DNA of 64,000 nucleotides, taken from the NCBI GenBank assembly GCA_963787285.1, contig CAWBCM010000017.1, positions 1,013 through 65,012 on the forward strand. Direction: 5' to 3'. This stretch comes from an uncultured Acidimicrobiales bacterium (GTDB lineage Bacteria; Actinomycetota; Acidimicrobiia; Acidimicrobiales; JAHEJN01). The first letter of the stretch is position 1. Each line of letters begins with the position of its first letter. Both the position numbers and the translations under genes were made by a program. The notes beneath the pieces are model-generated. The model searched no databases. It saw nothing but the letters and a program-made list of their open reading frames with translations, and was not told where the DNA came from. Positions 1 to 12,962 of the stretch are shown in pieces.

Positions 1-2153
<2,153 letters not shown>

Positions 2154-2658
2154 GACCGGCCTCGTCGATGTCGAAGGAGTACGAGTCCTTCATCGCGAAC
2201 TCGCGCACGTGCAACAAGCCGGACTTGGGACGCGGTTCGTCTCGGAACTTCCACTGGATCTGATACCAGAGCTGGGGGAGCATCCGGTACGAGCTCACCT
2301 CGGTGGCCAGGCCGGCGATGACCTCCTCGTGGGTCATGCCCAGCGCGAGGTCGGCGCCCTTGCGGTCGGTGAGTCGGAACATCTCGTCGCCCATCAGCTG
2401 CCAGCGGCCCGACTTCTCCCACACCGATGCCGGGTGCAGGGCGGGAAGCAGGAACTCCTGGGCGCCGATGGCGTCCATCTCTTCCCGCACGATCCGCTCG
2501 ACCTTGTCGTGCACCCGTAGCCCGAGCGGCAGCAGCGAGTAGTGCCCGGCGTGGAGCTGGCGGATGAACCCGCCCCGGACCAGCAGTCGATGACTGGCGG
2601 CGTCGGCGTCGCCAGGAGCGTCGCGGAGGGTGGGAATGAAGAGCTTCGACCAGCGCAT
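2154..2658 (-). CDS. proS: Prolyl-tRNA synthetase, 5' part only (~168 aa), truncated at the chimeric junction
   Basis: [15 protein letters not shown]...[44 protein letters not shown]. Similarity stops where the AT-rich DNA begins. Confidence 0.93.
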
Positions 2659-2719
2659 GAGGGGCAACCGTACCGGTCCGATGCTCACCGAGCAGTTGAT
2701 TCGGGCGGATGCGGTGGCC

Positions 2720-3883
2720 TCAGCCGAGGTTCAGGGCCTCGGCGACCAGCTCGATGGGGTGGCGCACGTCGAGCCCCGTGGCCGACAGGTGCAGCAGACA
2801 CCCCGGGTTGGCGCTGGCGACGACGTCGGGGCCGGCTCGTTCGATGGACCCCAGCTTGCGATCGCGGACCTTGCCCGCCAGCTCGGGCTCGAGTACCGAG
2901 TAGGCGCCTCCGGCTCCACAACACAGACCGTCGTCGTCGAGCTCGACGACCTCGCGAACATGGGGTGCCAGTACCGCCCGGACGGGAAGGTGGGCGCGCT
3001 GCACGTGCCGGAGATGGCAGGGGTCCTGTACGGCGACCCGCAGATCGAGCCGCTCGGCCGGAGCGGGCAGCTCGTGGAGGTGATCGGCGAGCCACTCGCT
3101 CACGTCGACGACCCGGGCCGAGAAGGCGACGGCCTCGGGTGTGCCGAGCAGATGGCCGTAGTCCTTCAGTGCAGCACCGCAGCCGGCGGAGTCGACGATG
3201 ATCGGTTCGTCACCGCTCAGGTCGTCGATCACCTGGCGGGCCAGTGATCGCGCCGGGTCGCCGAGGCCGGCGTGGCTGTGCAAGGCGCCACAGCATGGCG
3301 CTCGATCCGCGGTGGGGGTGACGCCGGTCCCGGTCGCCTCGATCACCCGTTGCACCGCGAGATGGGTGTCGCGCTGCCAGGCATCCATCACGCATCCGGT
3401 GAACAGGTACACGTCGGTCCCCGAGACGCGGTACGGCTTGCGCCGAACAGGGAGACGGGCGGGCAGACCGAGGCGTCTCGACGGCACGAGCCGCAGCCGT
3501 TGCGCCACGGCCAGCATCGACGACCCCGCGAGGAGCAGGCGATGCCGCCCCAGAGTCCGAAAAGCCAAGCGCTGCCACCACGGCGTGATGGCGCCGGCCC
3601 TCACCATCGCCTCACGGGTGGCCTCCATCAGGTGACCGAACGGCACGCCACTGGGGCACGCCGTCTCGCAACCGCGACACTGGATACACGACGACATCGA
3701 CTCGATGACGTGGTCGTCGAGCGGGGCGACGCCCTCGTCGAGCATGCGCATCAGTGAGATCCGGCCTCGCGGCGACGCCGTGTCGTCACCGGTGACGCGA
3801 TAGGTGGGGCAATGGGGCAGGCACAGCCCGCACGAGACGCACGCTGCGAGCTCGTCGGCGTCGAAGTCGATGTCGAGCGTCAT
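2720..3883 (-). CDS. glcF: Fe-S oxidoreductase subunit, GlcF-like (two 4Fe-4S motifs plus two CCG domains)
   Basis: [51 protein letters not shown]. Confidence 0.8.
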   Translation of the reverse strand: MTLDIDFDADELAACVSCGLCLPHCPTYRVTGDDTASPRGRISLMRMLDEGVAPLDDHVIESMSSCIQCRGCETACPSGVPFGHLMEATREAMVRAGAITPWWQRLAFRTLGRHRLLLAGSSMLAVAQRLRLVPSRRLGLPARLPVRRKPYRVSGTDVYLFTGCVMDAWQRDTHLAVQRVIEATGTGVTPTADRAPCCGALHSHAGLGDPARSLARQVIDDLSGDEPIIVDSAGCGAALKDYGHLLGTPEAVAFSARVVDVSEWLADHLHELPAPAERLDLRVAVQDPCHLRHVQRAHLPVRAVLAPHVREVVELDDDGLCCGAGGAYSVLEPELAGKVRDRKLGSIERAGPDVVASANPGCLLHLSATGLDVRHPIELVAEALNLG

Positions 3884-3893
3884 GGCACCCGAG

Positions 3894-6860
3894 TCAGCCG
3901 GCGCGTGCGGTGGCGACTGTTGCGTCGATCTGCTCCTGGGTGACGCCGCAATCGAGGCCCGCCGCAATCACCGGGACCAGTGACTCGTCGCTGAAGGTGG
4001 CCAGGCCCGACGCGATGAGGTCACCTTCGGTCGTCCGCGAGAGCAGCGTCTCGGCGGTACACACGGCGAGCTGGGGATCGACGCCCTCGTCGGTGAGGAG
4101 GTCGAACAGGATGCCGCCGACCAGGCCTTCCGGTCGGTCGGTGCCGAATTGAGTGACGTCGATGGCCGTCGCCTCGCCGCCGTCGGCCGGCTCGGGCGCC
4201 GGCGTGGGCGTGGGCGCCGGGGTGGGCGTCGGGAGCGGTACTGCGGTGAACGCGAGCTCCTGGGCCGTGCCGCTCGACGTCTCGGCCGCGGCGTACAGGC
4301 CGATCCCGGTGGCGATCACCGCCACGGCGCCAATGGCGGCGCCGATGAGCTGCGTGCGGTCGTTGGCTGCGAGTCGCACGGCGCCCGGCTGTTGTTGCAC
4401 GCCGAGCCAGCCCTTCTCGTCGGCCCAGACCACGAGCGGCGGCATGATGACGAGCGCGGCCAGCAGGGCGATGGCGACGTTCAGGGTGACGATGACGCCG
4501 AAGTCTCGCAACAGGGGCAACGGCGACACCATCAACACCGCGAAGCCACCGATGGTCGTGGCGGCCGAGGTGAAGAAGGCCCGACCGGTTCGACCCGATG
4601 CGGTGTCGCTCGCCGCGCGCGGCTCGAGGCCACGTTGTCGCTCCTCGACGTAACGCGCCAGGATCAGGACGGCGAACTCCGAACAGGTTGCGATCACCAG
4701 CGGACCGCCCACGGTCGTGAGCGGGCTCAGGGTGATGCCGAGCAGACCCACGATGATCGAGGAGATCCCGACCGCGAGACTCACCGGCACCAGGGCCAGG
4801 GCGGCGCGGGTCACCGACCGGTAGCGCACCAGCAACCAGAGGGCCACGATGGCCAGGCCCAGGTAGGTGAGGATGGCGCGATTGGCCGACAGGTTCTCGA
4901 GCAGCCCGACACCCACCACGGCCAGACCGGCGGGAACCGCCCGCACCGGCGGGTCGCCGGCGTCGAGACCCTGGTTGAGAATGCTGTCGGCCGGAAGGTC
5001 GAGCGACGCGATGCGGCTCTCGAGATCGGCTTCGAGCTCGGCCACGATCACGGCGCGTCGTTCGAGGCTGGCCGGGGCCAGTCGAAGATTGACCTGAGTC
5101 GCGGTGCCGTCGTCGTTGAGCAGCGCCCGCGCGATGGCCGGCGGCATGACGTCGATCGCCGCTTGCAGCTCGGACGACGTGGGAGCGAGAGCGGTGGCCC
5201 CGGGTATCAAGAGGATCTTGCCCATGGTGTTCACCACGCTCGAGGTGGTGACGACGTCGGGTCGCTGTTCGGCATCGAGGGTGAAGTCCCAGATCACATC
5301 GTTCACGCTCTGATCGAGGATGTTGTTGGCCTCCACCAGAATGCCGAGGGTGGTCGAGAAGCCGGTTCGTTGCTCGAGGGTGTTGACGTCGGCGACGACG
5401 TCGGAGCCCTGATCGATCCACTTGATGGGATCGGACTCGATCTTGGTCTGGCCCTCCACGGCCACACCGACGGCGAAGAGGCCGACGGCGGCGATCACCA
5501 GGATGGGCCCGACTTTCGACGGCACCGATCCGAGGAAGACGACGATGCGTTCGACCACCGATGTCTTGCGGGTGTCGGTGCGGTGCAGGTACTCACGCAC
5601 TCCGAGAACCGTGGTGGGCAGGATGATGCCGCCGACCAGCAAGAGCACCACGCCGATCGCCAGCATCACGCCGAAGTCGCGGATCATCGGCACCTGGGAG
5701 ATCTGGAGCGCCAGGAAGGCGAGGGCTGCACCGACGGTGGCCACCACCAGAGCCGGTCCGACGTTGGCGAGGGTCTCGGAGATGGGGTGCGGATCGCGAT
5801 CGAGGGCGGACTCCTCCTCGATGCGGTTGTGGATCTGGATGGAGAAGTCGATACCCAGACCGATGAGGATCGGCAGGCCCGAGATGGTGACCAGCGACAG
5901 GTCGATGCCGATCAGGCCGAGGACCGAGAACGTCCAGATCACGCCCATCACGACGCTCAGCAGGGGCAACAGGCGCCACCGAACCCGGAAGAGGAAGACA
6001 AGGATCAACGCCATCACCGCGATGGCGGCCAGACCCAGGGTGACCAGGCCCCCCTTCAGGTAGTCGTTGATCTCCCGCAGGTACACGGGCGAGCCGGTGG
6101 TGATCAGCTCGAAGCCCTCGAGTTCGGCGGTGTCGAGCACCTCGAGCACCTTTTCGGTGCCGGCCGACTGTTCGTCGAGGGTGGCGTTGCCCGGCAGCAC
6201 CACGCCACCGACGGCCACCTTCTGGGTGGGGAAGGTGCTGGCGAGCGAGAGCCGGATGGCGCGATCGGCGTCGGGTGGTGCCGCGATCTCGCCGTCGTTC
6301 AGCGCGAACCCGTCGTTGCCGAAGATGAGCAGATCGGCCCAGTCGGGGTTCCCGATCTCCTGGTCGGTCACCGCGCCGAGGCGGGCCAGGCTGATCTGGA
6401 CGTCGGCATTGCGAGCGGTCACGCCGTCGGGGTCGGGATCGCGGGAGGCGGCATTCAGCAGCGCCTCTCGGCCGGGACCCTTGATGAGTGCGTCGCTCCA
6501 CTGGAGGCTGACCCTCGGGGTGATGACCGCAAACGACTCGGGGATGGCCTCGAGCTCGGCGGTGAGCCGTTCGAGCTCGGCGAGGTTGGCGCCCGAGAAC
6601 AGATCGGAGACGTCGTGGTCGTCGTCGGCGGTGAACAACAGCACGACGGTCTCGCCACCGAACTGGCCCTGGAACTCGACGTTGTCGATGGCGGCCTGCG
6701 AGTCCTTGTTGAGGTAGCTGTCCTGGCCGGTGGCGAACTCCACCTGCGACAGTCCGATCAACAAGACGGCGGTGACCGCCACCACGGCCAGGGCAACCAG
6801 CTTCCACTGCTTGCCGAGCTGCAGCCCCGCGGCCCGCCACGTCGATTCCCTCGAAGTCAT
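3894..6860 (-). CDS. MMPL/RND-superfamily membrane transporter with C-terminal Pro/Thr linker and extra domain
   Basis: Two repeats of large loop plus TM bundle; GLGIDFSI motif; RBS-like AAGGGGAG before MTSRE. Confidence 0.85.
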   Translation of the reverse strand: MTSRESTWRAAGLQLGKQWKLVALAVVAVTAVLLIGLSQVEFATGQDSYLNKDSQAAIDNVEFQGQFGGETVVLLFTADDDHDVSDLFSGANLAELERLTAELEAIPESFAVITPRVSLQWSDALIKGPGREALLNAASRDPDPDGVTARNADVQISLARLGAVTDQEIGNPDWADLLIFGNDGFALNDGEIAAPPDADRAIRLSLASTFPTQKVAVGGVVLPGNATLDEQSAGTEKVLEVLDTAELEGFELITTGSPVYLREINDYLKGGLVTLGLAAIAVMALILVFLFRVRWRLLPLLSVVMGVIWTFSVLGLIGIDLSLVTISGLPILIGLGIDFSIQIHNRIEEESALDRDPHPISETLANVGPALVVATVGAALAFLALQISQVPMIRDFGVMLAIGVVLLLVGGIILPTTVLGVREYLHRTDTRKTSVVERIVVFLGSVPSKVGPILVIAAVGLFAVGVAVEGQTKIESDPIKWIDQGSDVVADVNTLEQRTGFSTTLGILVEANNILDQSVNDVIWDFTLDAEQRPDVVTTSSVVNTMGKILLIPGATALAPTSSELQAAIDVMPPAIARALLNDDGTATQVNLRLAPASLERRAVIVAELEADLESRIASLDLPADSILNQGLDAGDPPVRAVPAGLAVVGVGLLENLSANRAILTYLGLAIVALWLLVRYRSVTRAALALVPVSLAVGISSIIVGLLGITLSPLTTVGGPLVIATCSEFAVLILARYVEERQRGLEPRAASDTASGRTGRAFFTSAATTIGGFAVLMVSPLPLLRDFGVIVTLNVAIALLAALVIMPPLVVWADEKGWLGVQQQPGAVRLAANDRTQLIGAAIGAVAVIATGIGLYAAAETSSGTAQELAFTAVPLPTPTPAPTPTPAPEPADGGEATAIDVTQFGTDRPEGLVGGILFDLLTDEGVDPQLAVCTAETLLSRTTEGDLIASGLATFSDESLVPVIAAGLDCGVTQEQIDATVATARAG

Positions 6861-7042
6861 ATGGCTCTCCCCTTGAGTCGGCGCCAAGTATTCCACGACC
6901 GTGGATCTCCGAGCACTTCGGGCGAGTGGCCGGGGTGGCCAACGCACACTTTCCGCTGGGCGGACTGTCGAAATACGCCGACGGGCGCATAGGGTCACGC
7001 CGGGATCGCGGCCCCGCGATCGTCGCCGCCAGGAGTATCAGC

Positions 7043-7879
7043 ATGAAGCTCGTGACCGTGAGGGTCGAAGGAGTCCACCGAGCCGGTCGAGTCGACGACG
7101 GTGTGGTCACCCTTCTCGACTTCGACGACGTGGGTGCGTTGCTGGCCGCAGGCGGTCTCGACGCCGCTCGTTCGGCGACGGGCACCACGGTCGGCTACGA
7201 CCAGTGCGATCTGGCGCCGGTGGTCCCGAGTCCCGACAAGATCGTGTGCGTCGGACTCAACTACGCCGACCACGTCGCCGAGACCGGCCGCGACACGCCC
7301 TCGCACCCCACGTACTTCGCCAAGTACCGCCGTGCCCTCATCGGTCCGAACGATCCGATCGTGTTGCCCGATCCCGCCGTCTCGACCCAGGTCGACTGGG
7401 AGGGGGAGCTGGCCATCGTCATCGGCCGATCGGTCCGCAACGCCGGCGACCGTGAAGCGGCCGCCGCCATCGCCGGGTTCACCGTGCTCAACGACGTGTC
7501 GATGCGCGACTGGCAGATGCGAACCTCTCAGTTTCTCGCCGGCAAGACCTTCGAGGGCTCCACCCCGGTCGGTCCGTGCCTGGTCACCACCGACGAGATC
7601 GGCGACGGCCTGGGCCTCGACATCTCCACCGAGCTCAGCGGTGTGGTGAAGCAGTCTTCCAACACCCGGGAGCTGGTGTTCAGCCCGATCGACATCGTCG
7701 TCGACCTGTCGAAGGTCATGACGCTCGATCCGGGCGACATCATCGCCACCGGTACACCGAGCGGCGTCGGCCGGGCCCGCACGCCCCCCGAGTTCATGGC
7801 GGCCGGCGACACACTCGTCACGACCGTTGCCGGTATCGGCGAGCTCCGCAACGAGATTCTTGCTCCCCGCTCCGCCTAG
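7043..7879 (+). CDS. Fumarylacetoacetate hydrolase family protein
   Basis: KIVCVGLNYADH, DWEGELAIVIG, NDVSMRDWQ, GKTF, PGDIIATGTPSGVG; AGGAG RBS. Confidence 0.92.
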   Translation: MKLVTVRVEGVHRAGRVDDGVVTLLDFDDVGALLAAGGLDAARSATGTTVGYDQCDLAPVVPSPDKIVCVGLNYADHVAETGRDTPSHPTYFAKYRRALIGPNDPIVLPDPAVSTQVDWEGELAIVIGRSVRNAGDREAAAAIAGFTVLNDVSMRDWQMRTSQFLAGKTFEGSTPVGPCLVTTDEIGDGLGLDISTELSGVVKQSSNTRELVFSPIDIVVDLSKVMTLDPGDIIATGTPSGVGRARTPPEFMAAGDTLVTTVAGIGELRNEILAPRSA

Positions 7880-9098
7880 CACCAGCGTCGCCGAGCCCCG
7901 ACAGGGCGAGCGCGAGACGATCGCGTTCCTCGGCGCCCTCACGGGCATCACCGCCATCGGCATCGACGTGTTGTTGCCGGCCCTCGGAGACATCCGTACT
8001 GCGTTCGACCTCGATCCCGACGCCACCCAGGTCTCGTTGCTGGTCACGTTCTACCTCATCGGTCTGGGCCTGGGGCAGCTGCTGTGTGGGCCCTTCGCCG
8101 ATCGTTTCGGCCGTCGACCGGTGATCTTCGTCGGGCTGGCGATCTTCGTCCTCGCCGCCCTCGGCGTGGTGGTCGCCCCCACCCTCGAGGTGGCCATGGT
8201 GTTGCGATTCGTCATGGGTCTCGGGGCGTCGACACCGCGCGCCATGGCCATGGCGGTGGCGCGCGATCGCTGGCACGGCGACGCCATGGCCCGGGTGATG
8301 GCCTTGGTCATGATGTTCTTCATGCTGGCCCCGGCGGTGGCGCCCCTGTTCGGCCAGGCGATCCTCGTTCTCGGTCCATGGGAGGCGATCTTCGTCTTCA
8401 TGGCGCTGGTGGGCGTCCTTCTCGGGCTGTGGTCGTACCGCTTCGAGGAGACGCTTGCGCCGGCCGACCGCATCCCCCTCACCTTCGAGCGCACCCGTCG
8501 CAGCGCCGGGATCGTGGTGGGGTCGCGCTGGGCGATGGGACACGGCCTGTTGGTGATGTTCGAGCTGGGCGCGTTCGTCACCTACCTCGGTAGCTCGGAG
8601 CTGATCTTCGACGACGTGTTCGGCCGCGGGGACCAGTTCGCCTTCTTCTTCGCCGGGGGCGCGCTCGTGATGGCGGCCGCGAACCTGCTCGTGTCGCGTC
8701 TCATTCCGAGGATGGGTGCCGAACGAGTGATCATGGCCATCACGGTGGGGTACGTTGCCGTCGCCGCGCTGTTCTACGTGCTCACTGCGGCCGCGGGCGG
8801 TTCCCCGGCGTTCTGGCCGTGGATCGGTCTGCTGGTGGTGCTCAACGCGTTCCATTCGGTGATGCTGCCCACGGCCAACAGCCTTGCCATGCAACCACTC
8901 GGCCGCTTCGCCGGCACCGGCTCGGGCATCATCGGAACGCTGTCGACGATCGGTGGCGCGGTGCTCGCCTCGCTGGTGAGCGCCACCGTCGACGGATCGG
9001 CGACGCCGCTCGGCGCGGCCTACCTGATTTTCGGCGCGGCCGCGCTGGCATCGTTGCTCTGGGGTCGCCGGGGCTCGCCGTCGGCGCTGGGGAGCTAG
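7860..9098 (+). CDS. MFS efflux transporter, Bcr/CflA family (start uncertain)
   Basis: IDVLLPAL, GPFADRFGRRPV (MFS motif A), about 12 hydrophobic segments. Confidence 0.85.
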   Translation: MLPAPPSTSVAEPRQGERETIAFLGALTGITAIGIDVLLPALGDIRTAFDLDPDATQVSLLVTFYLIGLGLGQLLCGPFADRFGRRPVIFVGLAIFVLAALGVVVAPTLEVAMVLRFVMGLGASTPRAMAMAVARDRWHGDAMARVMALVMMFFMLAPAVAPLFGQAILVLGPWEAIFVFMALVGVLLGLWSYRFEETLAPADRIPLTFERTRRSAGIVVGSRWAMGHGLLVMFELGAFVTYLGSSELIFDDVFGRGDQFAFFFAGGALVMAAANLLVSRLIPRMGAERVIMAITVGYVAVAALFYVLTAAAGGSPAFWPWIGLLVVLNAFHSVMLPTANSLAMQPLGRFAGTGSGIIGTLSTIGGAVLASLVSATVDGSATPLGAAYLIFGAAALASLLWGRRGSPSALGS

Positions 9099-9107
9099 GT
9101 TTCGGCC

Positions 9108-10175
9108 GTGCCCATATTCTCTGCTCACGACCTGCATCGCTTCGTCCAGGGGGTGGTGGTCTCGGCCGGTAGCACCGCCCGCGAGGCCTCCCTCGTCGCG
9201 GTCCAGCTGGTCGGAGCCAACCTGGCCGGTCACGACAGTCATGGGGTGGGCATGTTGCCCCTCTACGTCGAGAACGTCCTGGCCGGTCGCCTCGTCGTGA
9301 ACCAACAGCCCACCGTCGTGCGCGACAGTGGGGCCGTCGTCGTCTTCGACGGCGGTCGGGGCTTCGGGGCGGCCGTGGGCCAGGTTGCCGTCGATACCGC
9401 GATCGGGCGGGTCGCCGAGCACGGTCTGGCGTTGGTCGGGCTGCGCAACAGCTTCCACCTCGGCCGAATCGGTCACTGGGGTGAGCAGATCGCCGCGGCG
9501 GGTCACGTGGCCATTCACTTCGTGAACGTGGCCCGACACTCGGCCCTCGTTGCGCCCTACGGCGGAGCCGACAGTCGTTTCGCCACCAATCCGATCTGTG
9601 TGGCCGTTCCCGGTTCGGGCGCCGAGCCCATGGCCATGCTCGACATGGCCACCAGCGTCATCGCCCTCGGCAAGGCGCGCGTGGCCTTCGAGGAAGGTCG
9701 CCCGGTGGCCGAGGGGGTGCTGCTCGACGCCGAGGGTCGGGTGACCACCGACCCGTCGGGCATGTTCGCCCATCCCCCTCAGGGCGCCCTCGTCGCCATG
9801 GGTGACCACAAGGGGTCGGGCTTGGCGATGATGTGCGAGCTGCTCGGCGCCGCCCTCATCGGTGGCCCCACCATCCAGCCCGAGAACGAGCGCGACGATT
9901 CGATCATCAACAACATGCTCACGATCGCCATCGACCCGGCTGCGATCGGTGATGCCACGGCCTTCCGCCGAGAAGCACAGGCTTTTCTCGACTACGCCGT
10001 CACGGCCCGCCTGCGTGAGGGGTTCGACGAGATCCTGCTGCCCGGTCAGCCCGAACAACGGTCACGCCTCGCCAGGACTGCCGGTATTCCGGTCGACGAC
10101 AACACCGTCGCGCTGCTGGCGGCGGCGGCCGACTCGGTCGGTGCGTCCGAGCTCGGTGCCGCCCTCACGTCCTGA
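9108..10175 (+). CDS. Ldh2-family (malate/lactate/ureidoglycolate) dehydrogenase, YbiC/HcxB-like
   Basis: GHDSHGV, DGGRGFG, HLGRIG, TNPI, DMATS, HKGSGL, PGQPE. Confidence 0.9.
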   Translation: MPIFSAHDLHRFVQGVVVSAGSTAREASLVAVQLVGANLAGHDSHGVGMLPLYVENVLAGRLVVNQQPTVVRDSGAVVVFDGGRGFGAAVGQVAVDTAIGRVAEHGLALVGLRNSFHLGRIGHWGEQIAAAGHVAIHFVNVARHSALVAPYGGADSRFATNPICVAVPGSGAEPMAMLDMATSVIALGKARVAFEEGRPVAEGVLLDAEGRVTTDPSGMFAHPPQGALVAMGDHKGSGLAMMCELLGAALIGGPTIQPENERDDSIINNMLTIAIDPAAIGDATAFRREAQAFLDYAVTARLREGFDEILLPGQPEQRSRLARTAGIPVDDNTVALLAAAADSVGASELGAALTS

Positions 10176-10202
10176 GCGCCGCCCACCACTACAGTCGCCA
10201 CC

Positions 10203-11198
10203 GTGAAGCTGATCATCCAGGTGCCGTGCCTCGACGAGGAGGACCAGCTGCCGGTGAGCCTGCCCGAGCTGCCCCGCGAGGTGGCCGGTTTCGACACCGT
10301 CGAGCACATGATCATCGACGACGGCTCCCGCGACCGCACGTCGCTCGTGGCGGCCGAGCTCGGTGTCGACCACATCCTGCGGCTGCCGCAGAATCGCGGG
10401 TTGGCCACCGCCTTCCAGGCCGGCCTCGATGCCGCGCTCAAGCTCGGGGCCGACGTGATCGTGAACACCGATGCCGACAACCAGTACGACGCCTCGGCCA
10501 TCCCGGCACTGGTCGAGCCGATCCTGGCCGGCCGGGCCGATCTGGTCGTCGGTAACCGCAAGATCAACGAGATCGACGAGTTCTCGTGGACCAAGAAGCG
10601 GCTCCAGGGTCTCGGCAGCTGGGTGGTGCGGCGGGCCAGCGACACCGACATCCCCGACACCACAACCGGCTTCCGTGCCTACAGCCGCGATGCCGCACTG
10701 CGCCTGCTCGTGGTGAATCGCTACACCTACACCATCGAGTCGATCATCCAGGCCGGCCGCATCGGAACCGCGATCGAGAACGTGCAGGTCGACACCAACC
10801 CGAAGCTGCGCGACTCACGGCTGTTCGGGTCCTCGGCCAGCTACATCAAGACCAACGCCGGCACGATCACCCGCGTGTTCGCCGCCTACCGACCGATGCG
10901 GTTCTTCGGCGCCATCTCGGCGTTGATGCTGCTCGGAGCCCTCATCTGCTTCCAGCCCTTCCTCTGGGACTGGATTCTCAACGGCGACCGCAGCGGTCAC
11001 GTCCAGTCGATCATCCTCGGGTCGATCCTCATCGCGGCCGCGGTGCAGGTGGCCGTGCTCGCCGTAGTGGCTGATCTCATAGCGTCCCACCGAACGGTCA
11101 GCCAGCAGACCCTCGAGCGCGTGCGGCGACTCGAGCTCGAGGTCGGCGTGCCCCCCGCGAAGTACACGACCGGTGCCGCACTCCGGGGGTCGCAATGA
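10203..11198 (+). CDS. Glycosyltransferase family 2 (Dpm1/GtrB-like) with C-terminal TM helices
   Basis: IIQVPCLDEE, IDDGSRD, NTDADNQY, DTTTGFRAY. Confidence 0.9.
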   Translation: MKLIIQVPCLDEEDQLPVSLPELPREVAGFDTVEHMIIDDGSRDRTSLVAAELGVDHILRLPQNRGLATAFQAGLDAALKLGADVIVNTDADNQYDASAIPALVEPILAGRADLVVGNRKINEIDEFSWTKKRLQGLGSWVVRRASDTDIPDTTTGFRAYSRDAALRLLVVNRYTYTIESIIQAGRIGTAIENVQVDTNPKLRDSRLFGSSASYIKTNAGTITRVFAAYRPMRFFGAISALMLLGALICFQPFLWDWILNGDRSGHVQSIILGSILIAAAVQVAVLAVVADLIASHRTVSQQTLERVRRLELEVGVPPAKYTTGAALRGSQ

Positions 11199-12151
11199 CC
11201 AATCCCCAGCCCCTCGGTGGCAACGAGATGCCGCGCTTCGGGGGAATTGCGACGTTCATGCGCCTGCCGGGCACCTCGGCGCCGGCCGACGTCGACGTCG
11301 GCGTGATCGGCGTGCCCTTCGACCTCGGCACGTCGAACCGGCCGGGCGCGCGTTTCGGTCCTCGGGGCATACGGGACGAGTCGGTGTTGCTGCGCCCCTA
11401 CAACATGGCCACCCGCGCCGCGCCCTTCGACAGTCTGCGTATCGACGATCTCGGCGACGTCGCCACCAACCCGTTCAACCTGGCCGACTCGGTCGTTCGT
11501 ATCGAGGCCCACTACCGTGCCCTGCTCGCCGACGACGTGGTACCCGCGACCCTCGGAGGCGATCACACCATCGCGCTGCCCATCCTGCGGGCGATGGCGG
11601 ACAAGCACGGCCCGGTGGGCATGGTGCACGTCGACGCCCACACCGACATCAACGACACCATGTTCGGCGAGCGCATCACCCACGGCACTCCCTTCCGTCG
11701 GGCGGTCGAGGAGGGCCTGCTCGACGGCGATCGGGTGGTCCAGATCGGCATGCGCGGTACCGGCTACACCGCCGACGATTTCGATTGGTCCCGCGCCCAG
11801 GGCTTCCGGGTGGTGCAGATCGAGGAGTGCTGGCACCGCTCGCTGACACCGCTCATGGACGAGGTGCGGGCCAAGGTCGGTCGGGGGCCGGTGTACCTGA
11901 GCTTCGACATCGACGGTCTCGACCCCGCGTTCGCTCCCGGTACCGGAACCCCCGAGGTCGCCGGGCTCACCATGCCCCAGGCCCTCGAGATCATCCGCGG
12001 TTGCCGCGGCCTCGACGTCGTGGGCTGCGACCTGGTCGAGGTCGCTCCGATCTACGACACCTCCGGCGCCACCGCGCTCACGGCGGCCAACCTCGTGTAC
12101 GAGATGCTGTGCATTCTGCCCGGCGTCGAGTATCGAGATCCGCCCGCTTGA
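11195..12151 (+). CDS. Ureohydrolase (agmatinase/guanidinobutyrase type)
   Basis: PRFGGIATFMRLP, GARFGP, GGDH, DAHTD, HGTPF, SFDIDGLDPAFAPGTGTP. N-terminus resembles guanidinobutyrase GbuA. ATGA overlap with the upstream GT2. Confidence 0.9.
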   Translation: MTNPQPLGGNEMPRFGGIATFMRLPGTSAPADVDVGVIGVPFDLGTSNRPGARFGPRGIRDESVLLRPYNMATRAAPFDSLRIDDLGDVATNPFNLADSVVRIEAHYRALLADDVVPATLGGDHTIALPILRAMADKHGPVGMVHVDAHTDINDTMFGERITHGTPFRRAVEEGLLDGDRVVQIGMRGTGYTADDFDWSRAQGFRVVQIEECWHRSLTPLMDEVRAKVGRGPVYLSFDIDGLDPAFAPGTGTPEVAGLTMPQALEIIRGCRGLDVVGCDLVEVAPIYDTSGATALTAANLVYEMLCILPGVEYRDPPA

Positions 12152-12165
12152 GATAGACAGAACAC

Positions 12166-12945
12166 GTGCTGATCGTCGTTTCCCCCGCCAAGTCGCTCGA
12201 TTTCGAGTCACCGCTCGCCACCAGGAAGCACAGCGTGCCCATGCTGGTCGACCGAGCAGCCGAGCTCGTGCAGGTGATGCGCGAGAAGTCACCCGACGAG
12301 TTGGCCGACATGATGAGCATCTCGCCTTCGCTGGCCGAGCTGAACTTCGAGCGGTTCCACGACTGGTCGGCGCCGTTCACCCCCGCGAACGCCCGGCCGG
12401 CCGTTCTGGCCTTCAACGGCGACACCTATCTCGGTCTCGACGCGGCCCGGTCCTTCGACGCCCGTGACTTCACCCATGCCCAGAAGACCCTGCGCATCCT
12501 CTCGGGTCTCTACGGGGTACTGCGGCCGCTCGATCTGATCCAGCCCTACCGTCTCGAGATGGGTTCCAAGCTGAAGACCGCCGCCGGCGACACCCTCTAC
12601 GACTACTGGGGCGACACCATCACCCGAACACTGGCGGTCGATCTCGAGGCCAGCCCCGGGTCGCTTGCGTTGGTGAATCTGGCATCGAACGAGTACTTCG
12701 GAGCGGTCGATCCGGCCGGTCTCGGCGCCCGGGTGGTCACCCCGACCTTCCTCGACAGCAAGGCCGGTGCTCCGCCGAGGACCGTCGGCTTCTTCGCCAA
12801 GCGGGCGAGAGGCACGATGGCCGCCTGGATCATCCGCAATCGGGTCCGCAGCGTCAGGGCCCTCGCCGACTTCGACGGCATGGGCTATCGGTACGACCCC
12901 GATCGTTCCACCAACGACGACCCGGTCTTCGTTCGTTCCACCTGA
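12166..12945 (+). CDS. yaaA: Peroxide stress protein YaaA
   Basis: SPAKSLD, LRILSGLYGVLRPLDLIQPYRLEMG, NLASNEY, AKRARG. Confidence 0.93.
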   Translation: MLIVVSPAKSLDFESPLATRKHSVPMLVDRAAELVQVMREKSPDELADMMSISPSLAELNFERFHDWSAPFTPANARPAVLAFNGDTYLGLDAARSFDARDFTHAQKTLRILSGLYGVLRPLDLIQPYRLEMGSKLKTAAGDTLYDYWGDTITRTLAVDLEASPGSLALVNLASNEYFGAVDPAGLGARVVTPTFLDSKAGAPPRTVGFFAKRARGTMAAWIIRNRVRSVRALADFDGMGYRYDPDRSTNDDPVFVRST

Positions 12946-12962
12946 CCGTTCTGGGGGCAGCC

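Noticed and set aside
4149-6992. 947-aa + strand ORF
   Set aside because: Antisense shadow of the MMPL gene caused by high GC3; no recognisable motifs.
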